The notes under the pieces were generated by a model. The model worked only from the letters and a program-made list of their open reading frames with translations. It ran no database searches and was not told the DNA's origin. Shown here piece after piece: positions 1 to 11,992 of a stretch of DNA of 64,000 nucleotides. The stretch is from Camelus ferus (taxonomy: Eukaryota): assembly GCF_009834535.1 (NCBI RefSeq), contig NC_045697.1:9612001-9676000 (forward strand). Reading direction: 5' to 3'. Each line of letters starts with the position of its first letter. Positions within the stretch are counted from its first letter, which is position 1. The translations under genes were made by a program, and so were the position numbers.

Positions 1-270
1 CAGTTCAAGTGGCCCCTCTCCACTGACTATCAGATTTATTCTCTCATCCCTTGAGATGCTCTCTAATGAAATATCCACTTTTATTTCTCCCAGAGCTGTT
101 ATCATGAGCTTAACACATCCTGTACATGTACTTGCTTTTGTATTTATTGTCTGTCTTGCCCCACCAGGTTTCTAAGCCCCACTAGGAAAAGCATCTTGCT
201 GTCTACATACTTTGTACCTCTAGCACCTGGTACCTAGTACAAACGACAGTGGCTCAATGCATGAATGGAT
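1..270 (+). mobile_element. L2 LINE 3' end fragment
   Basis: Degenerate L2 3' terminus (ttattgtctgtcttgccccacc...ctagcacctggtacctagtac...gctcaat) ending in an (ATGA)n-like tail at about 257-270. Confidence 0.7.
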
Positions 271-1179
271 ATCCCCCTAATACAAAGGAAAACTGTAAGG
301 AAAGTTGAACTGTTCACCCTTTTCAGACTGTTCACCAATCTATAGCTCAGAATACCACCTCTTAAAGCCTCCAGTGTTGATTCCTAACCCACACACACAA
401 GGGTTGGTCTGGACACAGACTCTATGCCCTGCCAGTGTCCGACCCCTTTACTCTACCCCCAGGCACTCAAGGGCATGCAGTTACCATACAGCAGCACATT
501 TTCTAAAGTCTGAATCTTTCATGTCAAAGTTGCAGCAAGAAATTTCAAGATGAGCTCTGTCTCTCAACATTTATCATAACAGCTCAGCCCCTTCAAATTT
601 TCTTCTCCTGAGTGAGATGCAGAAGTGCCCCCTTATTCTTCTTTGTCATCAAATGAACGATATTAGACTAAGAAAATAAGGAAACACACACATTTTCCGG
701 GGTTAAGCAACAATTCTCAAACACAACGTCATCTAAATCCACCTTAAGTAAGGGGAATATTTTCCTAAAAGCAATGATATTGACATAGATGTCATTATTC
801 ATTGGCTATAACATCTTCCAATATTGTGGAGAACAATGGCCACTTGCCTTCAGACGATGTCCTGGGTCCTTAGTGATCTACGGGAGTCAAGACTCCATTC
901 AGAATCATCTGCTCCACTGACCACCTCTTAACTACCAATAGGCCAGCAGAAGATTTGAAACTATTTTAATGTTTTGGGGTTTTTTGTTTGTTTGTTTTGT
1001 GCTCTTTGATCCAAGGCACTTCTTTGCTAGATTGTTTTCCTGTTGTCTTGAGACACAGAAGGGTGGCAAAAAAATCTTTCCAAGCTATGGAGGAGGCCTA
1101 TTTTCCCCAGGAGGAGTTACTTCAAGGTACAGATGAGAGTGATAAACACTGAGTGCTTTGACTGCTTGGAGAAGAGGCC

Positions 1180-1560
1180 ACTGACCCAGCCCAGGGGCGA
1201 CAGCCAAGCGTGGCAGAAATGAGAGTAAGAGGTTTGAGAATGTTTCCCAGGCAGGTGACACTGGAGCCAGCCCTAAAAAGTGAGTAGAGTTTCTAGGCAA
1301 GGAAGGGAGAAGAGAATTTCAGGCCGAATCAGCAAAACCCTGAAGGCAAGTGAGAGCACGAACTATCCTGAGAACCCAGGGGATTTCACAGCTAAAGCAG
1401 AAGGAGGCAGAAGGGAGGAGCAGCAACAAATGTGTCCAAAGAAGTAAGAAAAGTTCCTATCATGAATAACCTCATGACTAGTTAAGTCAGAACTCTTCTC
1501 TGAAAGCAAAAACAAGAGTGGAAGGTTTTAAGCAGAGGAGGATGGAGTCTGGATCTCAGG
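1180..1560 (-). mobile_element. L2 LINE fragment
   Basis: Purine-rich L2-like text on + strand, e.g. ggaaggttttaagcagagga near 1520-1540. Confidence 0.55.
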
Positions 1561-2624
1561 ACATCATTTTTCACACCAGAGCTTGCCGAGACAACACCCC
1601 TCCTCTGTTGGTGGGTATCATGCCAGGCCCTGTTCGCCTCTCTTACTGTTTATGCCTGGGCACTGAGTCATCACCAGGTACTGGGATTTCTAAGAATATC
1701 AACCACAAACCGTCACCTGAGAAACAGGTTTGTGCTCTTCACTAAGGAAGAGCCCTCACTGAAGTTCCCAGTAATTAAAATAAGCAAACGTTACTTACAC
1801 AAGGGATTGTTAATTAGACTGCTTGTGTTTCCAAATGTCTTGTCTAAGTAGATCGTGATATTTAGAGGGGAGTTTTGATGTCAGAGGTGTCTTTCTTCTG
1901 CCTTCTGCGTGACTGCTGATCCTCATCCAAAACAAATTGAGGTCTGCTGGCTAATATTTATGTGATAGACCTGACATTTTCCTTCTTAAGGTTATTAATA
2001 AGTTACTGTATAGCAATTCAGGTTCATATGGAAAAAAATAGCTCTTACATATTATCCACACCTACTCATCAAGGCTTCTAAATATCACGTGTGTGTTGAA
2101 CCATTATCCTTCTGGATTACAGGCCCAGCAAGTCAACTGAGGAAAAGATCGATGTTTAGGTGTGTTAATCTGTCTACATTCACTCCACAATTAAAACAAA
2201 GCTCTATTGTACAAATGGGGAACACAGTAATAAAAAGTAATTAGAATTTCAATTTGTTAAATTTTGCTAGACTTGAGAGGACTGCCAGGTATGGGCATTA
2301 AAGGAAGGATCAAAAGCTTCCGTTTGCACCTAGCTCTGCTCCTGTGTGATTTTGTTACCTTGGATAAGCTTCCTAGCATTTCTGAACATATCCTCATCTG
2401 TCAAATGGGCTGTGGAAATGGCGTTAATAGGAAGCTCCTCATCAATATTGAAAGCAGGTGTCCTGTTTGGGAGGTAGGGCTATTACTCTCATCACCTCCA
2501 CTACATTACTGAGTGTTTTTTTAAAAAGTGATTATTGGAAGCCAATTTTATAGTGTTTTTATTGTCATACATAGTCATTTGGGGTTGGTTTGTCTCATTT
2601 TGCCCTTAGTAGGAAAAAATGCTG

Positions 2625-2780
2625 GATTGAGAGCCAGACAGAATGGGGGCCACATTCACCAGGTGTGTGACCCTGGCAAGTGATCTAATCTCCCCAAGTC
2701 TCCATTTTCTCATGAGCATAATGACACTCTCTGTCTAAGAGCTGTTGCGGTGATGAAGGAAGCCCCTGCGCAGGGCTTAG
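2625..2780 (+). mobile_element. MIR SINE
   Basis: MIR core-like gtgtgaccctggcaagtgatctaatctccccaagtctccattttctc; a weaker MIR lies at about 2330-2450. Confidence 0.7.
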
Positions 2781-2987
2781 CTGATGCTTTGCTAGTCCTT
2801 ATTCTCTGCTCTCTGCAGGAAAACTTAGCCGGTACTTTCCACTGGAACAAAGATCTTACCTTGAGGAAAGGCCAATAGGATCAAGAAAAGTAAGCAGTGC
2901 CTTCACCTCTCTGGGAAGCGTTTGTCCTCTGAAGCCTTGTCTCGGGACACTGAGCTTCCCTTACTGTAGGACAGGTCAGGCCATGCT

Positions 2988-3760
2988 TTTTGTTTTGTTT
3001 TGTTTTGTTTTGTTTTGTTTTAATTGAAGTATAACTGACTTACAATATATTAGTTTTCAGGTTTACAATAGAATGATTCTATATTTTTATTCATTACAAA
3101 TGATCACCAGTGTAAGTCTAGTTACCATACAAAGATATTGCAATACGATTGACCGTATTTCTTAGGCTGTACATTATATCCCCATGACTTAATTATTTTA
3201 CAACTGGAAGTTTGTACCTTTTAATCCTCTTCACCAATTTTGCCCACCCCCTCATTCCCCATCCTTCTGACAACCACTAGTTTGTTCTTTGTATCTATGA
3301 GTCTCTTTCTGTTTTGTTACATTTGTTCGTTTGCTTTGTTTTTTAGATTCCACAATAAGTTAAATTATAACATATGTATACGAAGATGTATTATATATCT
3401 TCCTTATCTATCATCTACCAGTGGGCACTTAGGGTTCCTCCATGTCTTGACTACTGCAAATAATGCTGCAATGAACACTGGGATGCATATATCTTTTCAA
3501 ATTAGTGTTTTTGTTTTCTTTGGATAAAAACCCAGAAGTGGAATTGCCATCATATAGTAATTCTATTTTTAATTTTTTGAGAAATCTCCATTCTGGTGTT
3601 TTTTTTTTTTTTCATACTGTTTTCCATAGTAGCTGCACCAATTTACATTCCCATCTATAATGCACAAGGGTTTCCTTTTCTCCACATCCTTGCCAACACT
3701 TGTTATTTCTTATCTCTTTGATAACAGCCATTCTGACATGGGTGGTGTGATATCTCATGA
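2988..3760 (-). mobile_element. L1 3' end (3'UTR plus end of ORF2), internally deleted, with (GTTTT)n tail
   Basis: (GTTTT)n 2988-3021, then L1 3'UTR text (actggaagtttgtacc, ttttagattccaca) and ORF2-end antisense text (gctgcaatgaacactgggatgcatatatc, agggtttccttttctccacatccttgccaacacttgttatt). Confidence 0.9.
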
Positions 3761-4445
3761 CATATTTTAATCTACTGTTTCTTGGGTCATCTCCACAACT
3801 GGACTAATAGTTCTTTAAAGGAAATCACCAAATTTTTTTCATTATTGTCTCTTCAGGACCATCTACATTGTCTAGCACATGTTCATAAATATCACGACTA
3901 AAAATAAAATGAAAGAAATGCATTAAGATTTATATGACTCCATGTGGGTCATAAAAGATAACATATGTACATTTATCAAGAGTGTACACTTATTTCAAGC
4001 AACTTTTTTCAATTCCTACTATATGTGTGTGTGTGTGTGTGTATCAGACATCTTAGTAGATTCTACACTATTTTTAAAGATGAGCTCCATAAACAATGAG
4101 AAGGAACCTTATAACATGAAAATCAGAACATGTGTTTCAAAAACAGTTGTTGAAGCTCAAGAACTGAGCATATGAAAAAGAGATCCCGCCTTGAGCCTGT
4201 CTAGCAAACGAATGGAACAAGGTTCTCTTTGGAAAGGAAAGAAAATATTATGAATGAAAGCAGGAAAAATACATTTGGGTTACATCAGAAAAGACTTTAA
4301 ACATTAGTCTAAGGAATTTCAGATGTGAGCTGTGCACAGAGAGAAGCAACTGCATATTCCTGAGCAGGAGAATTTGAGAGGAAAAGTGCAAATCACAGGT
4401 CCTTGCCAGGCACCCACTCCCAAATACAGCCATTGCCTGAGACAG

Positions 4446-4489
4446 CTTGCTTACATGACTTGTTTACATGACTTGTTTACATGACTTGT
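4446..4489. repeat. 13-bp tandem repeat (CTTGTTTACATGA) x3.4
   Basis: cttgcttacatga / cttgtttacatga / cttgtttacatga / cttgt read directly. Confidence 0.95.
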
Positions 4490-5175
4490 GGGGAACGGCT
4501 CTTTGATTTATCTTTCCTTTATTGGACAAGCTGACCTATATTCTCCTCCCACCTGTTGGTTACTGTTGAGTTACCTGGAATTCAGCTCAGACCTGGTACC
4601 TAAACATAAAATAAATTATAATTTAAAAATAAAATAAAATAAACTACCCCCTCCAAAAAAGAGAAATCTTTCCCTATCTTACAGCCTATTGCCTCCTTCC
4701 CCACTTCCTTTTTCCTGTCAAGAATTGTTAATGGACTGTAAGAGATACAATGGACCTCACCATGGACCCAGTCTTCATAGAGCTTGCATTATCCAGATAA
4801 TTGTACAAATACATCACTGTAAATTTTGATGAGTGCTTTATGAAGGAAGAGTGTTGGGTACTAGGAGAGCACATAACAAGGTAATCTGATCTCTTCTTGG
4901 AACTCAGGGCCTTTTTTTTTTTTTTTAACTGTGAAAGGGTTGTTTAAACCTCAACAATCAATACAAACATCACTGGTGTGTGTGCTGATGGATGTGCATG
5001 TGTACGAGGGACGTGGGTAACATTACTAGGAAACGAGGACATCATGTATATCTATTGCCAGGTGTGAGGAAAGATGGTTCTTGAACAATTAAAGAATCAG
5101 GTAATAGTCAACAAACATTTATTTGCTGTGTATTAGGACTTTCAGGCAATAAGAAGAATGCAAAAAACAAATGCA

Positions 5176-5557
5176 AATTTTATCAAATGTTTTTTCTGCA
5201 TCTATTGAGATGATCATGTGGTTTCTGTCCTTTCTCTTGTTGATGTGATCTATTACACTGATTGATTTGCATATGTTGAACCACCCTTGTGTCCCTGGGA
5301 TGAACCCCACTTGGTCATGATGTATAATCTTTTTTATGTGCTGTGATTCTATTTGCTAATATTTCAAAATGTAGAATATATAAACAAGATTATACTGTAT
5401 AGCACAGGGAAATATATACAAGATCTTATGGTAGCTCACAGAGAAAAAAATGTGGCACTGAATATACATATGTTCATGTATAGCTGAAAAATTGTGCTCT
5501 ACACTGGAATTTGACACAACATTGTAAAATGATTATAAATCAATAAAAAATGTTAAA
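5176..5557 (+). mobile_element. Young camelid-type L1 with 5' inversion (minus-strand ORF2 piece 5176-5364 joined to plus-strand 3'UTR 5361-5557)
   Basis: Minus strand encodes [44 protein letters not shown] (L1 ORF2 RT region); plus-strand part closely matches the 3'UTR at 20474-20695; candidate TSD AAATGCA at 5169-5175 and 5558-5564. Confidence 0.9.
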
Positions 5558-5679
5558 AAATGCAGTCTCTGATCTTAAGAAAAGTATAATAATAATAACA
5601 AAACAATAATAATAATAAAACAGTCAGAGGCTATTGAGACAAAACAAAATCATGTAAAATAATAACAAATTTGTTTGAC

Positions 5680-5900
5680 TTACTGTGCCCTTACCACATG
5701 CCAGACAGTTCTATAAATATATTACCCCAGTGTATTATTTCATTTTAATAATAACCATATGAAAGAAATTATATTTTTAACCCCATCACTATAGATGAGA
5801 ACACCAAGGCTTAGAGACATTAAGTGTATATTGTCTAAGGCACAAGTAGTAAATGATGAACATTAGATTCAATCGAAGAAATATTTGAGTTCAAAGCTGT
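5680..5900 (-). mobile_element. MIR SINE
   Basis: ccccatcactatagatgagaacaccaaggcttagagacattaagt, a MIR core in reverse orientation. Confidence 0.7.
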
Positions 5901-6059
5901 TGTCAGAAGCAGGGAACATACATTCTTTCAATAAATATTTATAATCTATTATGTGCCAAGAATACTGGTTCTAAACATTACCCTCAAGAAGTGTACATTA
6001 TGAATTCTGATGGAGAAGATACGCAATAAGCCAGAACATAAATATGTTAATTATTTTAG

Positions 6060-6620
6060 GTCTAATTTATTTATATAATAAAATACACCAATAAATTTAA
6101 AATTAGATGAGTTTTGACAAATAAGTATAGCCACACAACAGCCATTACCCTCATGATTTAGAACATTTCCTTTGCTCCAGAAAGCAACTGCGTAACTCTT
6201 TTCAGTCAATCTCCTACTCTACCCACGGCTCCTAGCAACCAGTGACCTGCTTTCTGTCACTAAGGCTTTGGCTTTTTTTGTAATTTTATATAAATAGAAT
6301 CACACAATGTGTAGTCTTTTTCTGCCTAGCTTCTTTTGCTTAGCATAACATTTTGGGATTTATTCCATGTCGTTCCATGTACCAATAATATCTTCCTTTT
6401 CATTGCTGAGTATTATCCCATTGAATAAATATACTACAATTTGTTTCTCCACTCACCAGTTGGTGGACATTTGGGTTGTGTCCAGTTTTTAGTTTTATGA
6501 ATAAAGCTACTATGAACAGACAAATATTGGTATGAATGTATCCTTTTCTTGGGTAAATACCTAGGAATGGGATTATTGGGTCATGTAATTAGAGTATATT
6601 TTACTAGACAAGAAACCTTG
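6060..6620 (-). mobile_element. Old L1 3' region (L1MB/MC-like)
   Basis: gatgagttttgacaaa, tttcattgctgagtattatcccattgaataaatatactacaatttgttt, cttgggtaaatacctaggaatgggattattgggtcat. Confidence 0.85.
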
Positions 6621-6624
6621 CAAG

Positions 6625-9400
6625 TGGACCTGTCATCCATCAGACAAATCCTTCCCCACATCCTCAACCTCCTCTCTCTGTGATCCAGGCACCTTCTTCC
6701 TTTAGTGCATACTATAGGGCCAAAAGGGGATGTAGAACATTCTGTTTGCTCCCACTGCTCTTTTCAAACCATTTCTCCTTACTTATCCCTGAGGAATGCC
6801 AGCTCCTCCCAAAGTGCACTCCATCCAACAGCCCCACTTTCTACAACACATCCATGTCACTCCCATCTAACACCCTCCTGAGCACTGCTCCCAGTCCATT
6901 GAAGGCGTTAATGCCTGCATCCCTGACTTCTCTACCATAATTCCTCTCACCATACATTTTTCATTCAATAGATATTTACGGAGGCTTTATCTTATGTCAG
7001 GCACAGTTCTGGCTACTGGGGATACAGCAATGGACCAAAAGAAGGTCAAAATCCTAGCATGCATTCTATTGAGGAGATACATACATACATACACACACAC
7101 ATGCATACACATGTATATATGTGCTATTCTTTTCTGAGAAAAGTAAAGCTGAAAAGGGAGCTAGGCATTCACTGGGGGATGGGAGGTAAAATTGTTTTAA
7201 TTTTTAATAGGATATTAAAGGAAGGTGCTGAGAAGGTGACAGTTGAGAGAGATGACAGGTGACAGAGAAGGTCATGCATTTGTGTAAGGAAAGGGAGTTC
7301 TAGGCAGATTCAACCATAAATACAAAATTCTCGAGTCTAGAATATTTCTAGCATGTTCAGGAGAAGGCTGGTGTGGCTGGAGCAGAGTGAGAAAAAGGGA
7401 TATAGAAGATGAGGTCAGAGAGATGGAGGTAGAATGCAATTGACAGGCGATGGTAAGGATTTGGAAGTTAGTTTAGATGGGATGTGAAGCCATTGTTGGG
7501 TTTTGAGCAGAGGACCAACATGATCAGTCTTCTATTTGCAAAGGTTTACTCCAAAGAATAGAAGATGACAGATCAGTTGGCAAATTAATGCAATAATTTG
7601 GGAGACAGTTAATTCAGGTGGCAGTGGTTAGATTCTGTGTATATTCTAAAGGTATAGCCACCAGGATTTGCTGAGTAATTGGATACTGGGTGTGAGGTAA
7701 AAAAAAATCATTTATGCTCCAAGGTTTGGGGCATGGGGTAGGTAGAAGTATGAAGTTGCCATTAACTGAGATGGAGAAAATGACAAGAGAAGCACACCTT
7801 GGGAGTGAAATCGGGAACCCAGCTTTAGACAGTTTTTCTTGGCAGTGTGTTGACATTTTGACTTCCCAGTTTCATGTCACCCTCAACCAAAGAATCTTAC
7901 CCTCTGCTCTGTCTATGGTGCTTATTCCTAGGGTATGGTACTCCTGGTCATTTCCTGGATCTTGTTATCTATTGCTCCACCTTCAAAGGATTGATTTCAA
8001 GCATCCAACTCTCTGGTTACCACCTTGCCATCTCTAGCTCACACTGTAGTGCTCTGCTTCCCCTTCACATTGGCCCCACTGGGAAATTTAAGCCATTGAC
8101 AACACAACAGTGTTGCTGTTGTCCTGTGCTGCCCTTAAAGTTTCCACAGACTTCCTTACCCACCTTAGATGCATGGTCCATGATTAGACTGACACCATTG
8201 CTTCTTCATTTAGTTCACCTTCTCTCTCTTCTTCTGTCATACTCCACATCACAAAACTCTGGCCCTTTTAAATCCCAGTTTCCCTGCTACTCTGCTGCTA
8301 CACTTGAATACGGCTGGTGAAAAGCTCACAAGTGTGCTGAGTAGTCTCACTTTAAACTTATCATAAATATCTGACAGCCACTCAGCCCTGCTTAATAAGC
8401 CTAGTGTATGCCCTTAATCAATTTGCTTGTTCATTCTTTGAGATGACCATTTTATATCTTCTCAGATCTTTTCAAAGATATTCATTCTCCCTTCCCTCTA
8501 TTATCAGCTGATAGTCATGTGTCTCACTAAACAGAAAAAAGAGGCATCCATGGACTTTCTCATTTCTCTAACCCCAGCTCTATGACTCTGTCTCTTTCTA
8601 TATTCAGACTTGTTTCTAATTATTGTGGATGAGCATCCCTGCTCCTACCTGAAGCCAATTCTCTGAACTGGATTCTTTCTCCTCTCACCTATTAATGATT
8701 TTTGTTCCTACAATTATGTCTTCCCCCACCTGAATCTTTATCCTCTCATCTACTAGACTTTTCTTGACATCATTCAAGAATTCCATAATTTAAAAAAAAA
8801 TCCTAAGAAAGTTCCCTCTTGCCCTACATTTCCATTTAGCTATTTCCCTTTAACATATTTTTGATTAGAAATTTTCCCACCAAGCTAATGAAACTACTCT
8901 TTTCAAAATCATTAAAAACCTCCATCTTGCTAACGTCAACAGCCAATTTTCTGACTCACCTTGCTCAAAATATTCACAGCATTTGACACAGTTGGTTTCT
9001 TCCTGACTCTTTAAATACTTCCTTCACTTCATCTTCAGAGCACACTCTTTCCTAGTTTTTCCTCCTACCTCAATGGCAGCACTTTCTCAGTCTCTCTTGC
9101 AGAGTCTACCTTGAAGTATCTCAGGTCACAGTCCTTAGGTCTCCTCCATCTCCACTGGTTTCCTCGGTCATCTCATTCTACTCTCATGATTACAGATACC
9201 ACCTATATGCTGAGTGCTCCCAAGCACCACAATTACATGTTCAGATTCCTACTAAGAGTCTGTAATTGAATGTCTACTGGGCATCTCAGTCTGAACAAAG
9301 TCATAACAGAACTCTTGATTTCTAGCCACAACTGCCACAAACTCAGACCTGCTTTTGTCCCAGTTTTCTTTTAATAAATGGTGCTACCCACTCAGCTGCT
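6625..9400 (+). mobile_element. Long fossil L2 ORF2 (endonuclease and RT remnants), split by a nested antisense L2
   Basis: Degenerate RT motifs in the expected order: cagcatttgacacagtt (AFDTV, ~8977), tcaggtcacagtccttaggtc (QGSVLG-like, ~9121), cacctatatgctgag (HLYAD-like, ~9200), ctgaacaaagtcataacagaactcttg (LNxxKTELL-like, ~9291); no intact ORF. Confidence 0.75.
6955..7830 (-). mobile_element. L2 3' region nested in the plus-strand L2
   Basis: Starts with reverse L2 tail tcattcaatagatatttac...gtcaggcacagttctggctactggggatacagca; also gggttttgagcagagga and gttgccattaactgagatggagaa. Confidence 0.85.
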
Positions 9401-9402
9401 TT

Positions 9403-9645
9403 ACTAGTTTGCTAAGGAGGGCTGCCATAACAAAACATACAGATTGAGTGGCTTAAACAACAGATGTATAGCTTTTCTAGGGGGCCAGAAGGTTGAAATC
9501 AAGATATCAGCAGATTTAGTTCCTTCTGAGGCTTCTCTTCTTGGCTTGCAGGTGATCACCTTCTCACAGTATCTTTACATGTTTACCTCTCTTCGCATAC
9601 ACATGTCTGATATCTTTCTGTGTGCACGAATCTCCTTTTCTTATA
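9403..9645 (-). mobile_element. MLT1A-like MaLR LTR (partial)
   Basis: gggctgccataacaaaa...gtggcttaaacaacaga...gttccttctgaggcttctcttcttggcttgcag. Confidence 0.85.
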
Positions 9646-9647
9646 AA

Positions 9648-9892
9648 TCATATAACATAGTGGTTCAGTATTTTTATAGATTATACTCCATTAAAGGTTA
9701 TTACAAAATAATGGCTATAATCCCCTCTGCTGTACAATATATCTTTGCTTATCTATTTTATACATGGTAGTTTGTACCTCTTAATCTCCTATCCCTATCT
9801 GGCCCCTCTCCCCTTCCCTCTTTCCACTGGTAACCAGCAGTTTGTTTTCTATGTCTGTGAGTCTGTTTCTGTTTTGATATATACATTCATCT
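9648..9892 (-). mobile_element. L1 3'UTR fragment (artiodactyl type)
   Basis: tagattatactccattaaaggttattacaaaataatggctataatcccctctgctgtacaatatatc...ggtaaccagcagtttgttttctatgtctgtgagtctgtttc. Confidence 0.85.
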
Positions 9893-10799
9893 GTGGATCA
9901 GACACAGAATGCCAGAATATAGGTAAAACTAACTTACAGGTTAGTAAAAGAGACTAAATGCTAATGTTCAGAAGCTAGGGGAGAGGCATGGAATTCTGTC
10001 TCACAGTCCTCACACTATAGATAATACACTATGTGCTGTGAATTACTTCACCCAAGTCTTGCAACAGCCAGGTAAATAGTATTCCTACTTGACAAATAAA
10101 GATACTGAGATAAAGATAAGTAAAGTGAAATATTCATTATCAACACAATGGGAGTGTTTCCATTTCTTTCCATTTTTGCCTGATTCTAAAGCCTGCTTAA
10201 TGTGTGTAGCATTACCATGATGCCCATGTTCTATAAAAGAAAAGTAGAAACCACAAATCTCGGGTCTCCAGGTTTTTACAGGCTAGCTGGTAAGATGAGG
10301 CATATGCAAAACCAAAGATGAATTCAAAACCAAAGAGCAACAAGACCAAGTTTAAAGTTTCTTGATGAAATGGACTTTGTCTCACTCACCAGTGAGGCCT
10401 CAGCATGCAGTTAGGTGCCAAGAACCCAGAGTGTATTCAGTGACCTTTTGCCAGATGAGTAAGTGAAAGCTCGCATGAATGAACAGCAGCATGTTAGATA
10501 TGACTCAGCCAGCAGGCTATTTACTGAATGCTCACTATGTACCAAGTTATGTGTCTGGTAGTGCTTATAGCTCTGGAAGTTACAGTGGTAAACAAGCAAA
10601 GATTGCCTAAATTCCATGGGGAGAACAGGCATTTTCCCAACAGAGGCAAATGCACATCCCTAAAGGAAGTATAATCTAGAGAATGACTTAAAGGAGGGCA
10701 AGATGCCCATGATTCACATGCATAAGAACCACCCCAGCCTTACTGGAGAGAATAATAAACCCACTGTTTTCTGAGATCTATAGGAAACCATTATTAAAA

Positions 10800-11040
10800 G
10801 ATCTAATACTTACTGAAAGTTTGCATATTGAAAGACATAGTTTTAAGTACTTTGACATATGAACACATTTATTTCTCACAACTTCCCTCTGATCTGTGTG
10901 CTATTATCATCCCTATTTTACAGATGAGGAAACTGAGGTCCAGAGGAGAGTAGCAACATGCCTAAGGAAACAAAGCTAGATGATAAAGCCAGGATTTGAA
11001 TTCAGAGAGGTTAGTGCCAGAGGTCTTACTCTCATGGTAG
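10800..11040 (-). mobile_element. MIR SINE
   Basis: attatcatccctattttacagatgaggaaactgaggtccagag...gccaggatttgaattcag. Confidence 0.9.
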
Positions 11041-11536
11041 GCAATATTCAACCTCTAGCTATGAAGAAGTAAAAATATATTAAGGCCAAATATGGCAAGA
11101 TGTGAACAATGGTTGAATCTAAGAGATGGGTTTATAGGTGACCAATGCACTATTTTTTCAACATGTATGTATATTCAAACATGTTCATGATAAGACTGTT
11201 GAGAAAAAATATAGTTTTGAGGATTTTACAACAATGTGATTAAAGATCCAACAGAGACACACACACGTGCACACTTACAGTTCAGTAAAGGAGGGTACAT
11301 GCTAAGAAGCGAAGGCAGAGCAGGATTTACCTGTCGGCAGGCCCATGTCCACCCCACTCCCAGTTTCTGGTGTCCTTAAGGGGAGGAACTGTGCCCTGTG
11401 ATGAGGCCATCACAGCTTTCAATGTTGGATCTAGAACATGGCTGATGCTTAAAGAATGCCCAGCGAGCAAATGAATGAAAAAAATCAGTGTGGGGGGTAC
11501 AGTCCGATACAGGACAGGGAGATGGTTAGAACTATA

Positions 11537-11992
11537 GCATCTCCGTTTCTTGGGGCTGCTGTAACAAAGCAGCAAAATCTGGGCGACTTGAAAGAGGGGA
11601 AGTTGATAGTCTCACAGTTCTGGAACCTAGAAGTCCAAAATCACAGTGTCAGCAGTGTCATGCTTTCTCTGAAAACTGTAGAAGAGAGAGTCCTTTCTCA
11701 CCTCTCCCTCACTTCTCGTGGTGGCTGCCAATCCTTGCCCTCCCGTGTTTTGCAACTGGAACCCTCCAATCTCTGCTGTGTGACATGGCATGGATTCCTC
11801 CCGGTACACTTCAATCTCTCGTCTTTTAAGCACATCAGTCGTGTTGGATGAAGGGCCCATGCGACTCCAGTGTGACCTAATCTCAACTAATCACATCTGC
11901 AACAACCCTATTTCCAAATAAGGTCACATTCTGAGGTGCTGCAGATTAGCACTTGAACACGTCTTCTGAGAAGGCACAGTTCAACCCATACA
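11537..11992 (-). mobile_element. MLT1B/C-like MaLR solo LTR
   Basis: ggggctgctgtaacaaag...tctcacagttctggaacctagaagtccaaaatc...ccctatttccaaataaggtcacattctgaggt...cagttcaacccataca. Confidence 0.9.
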
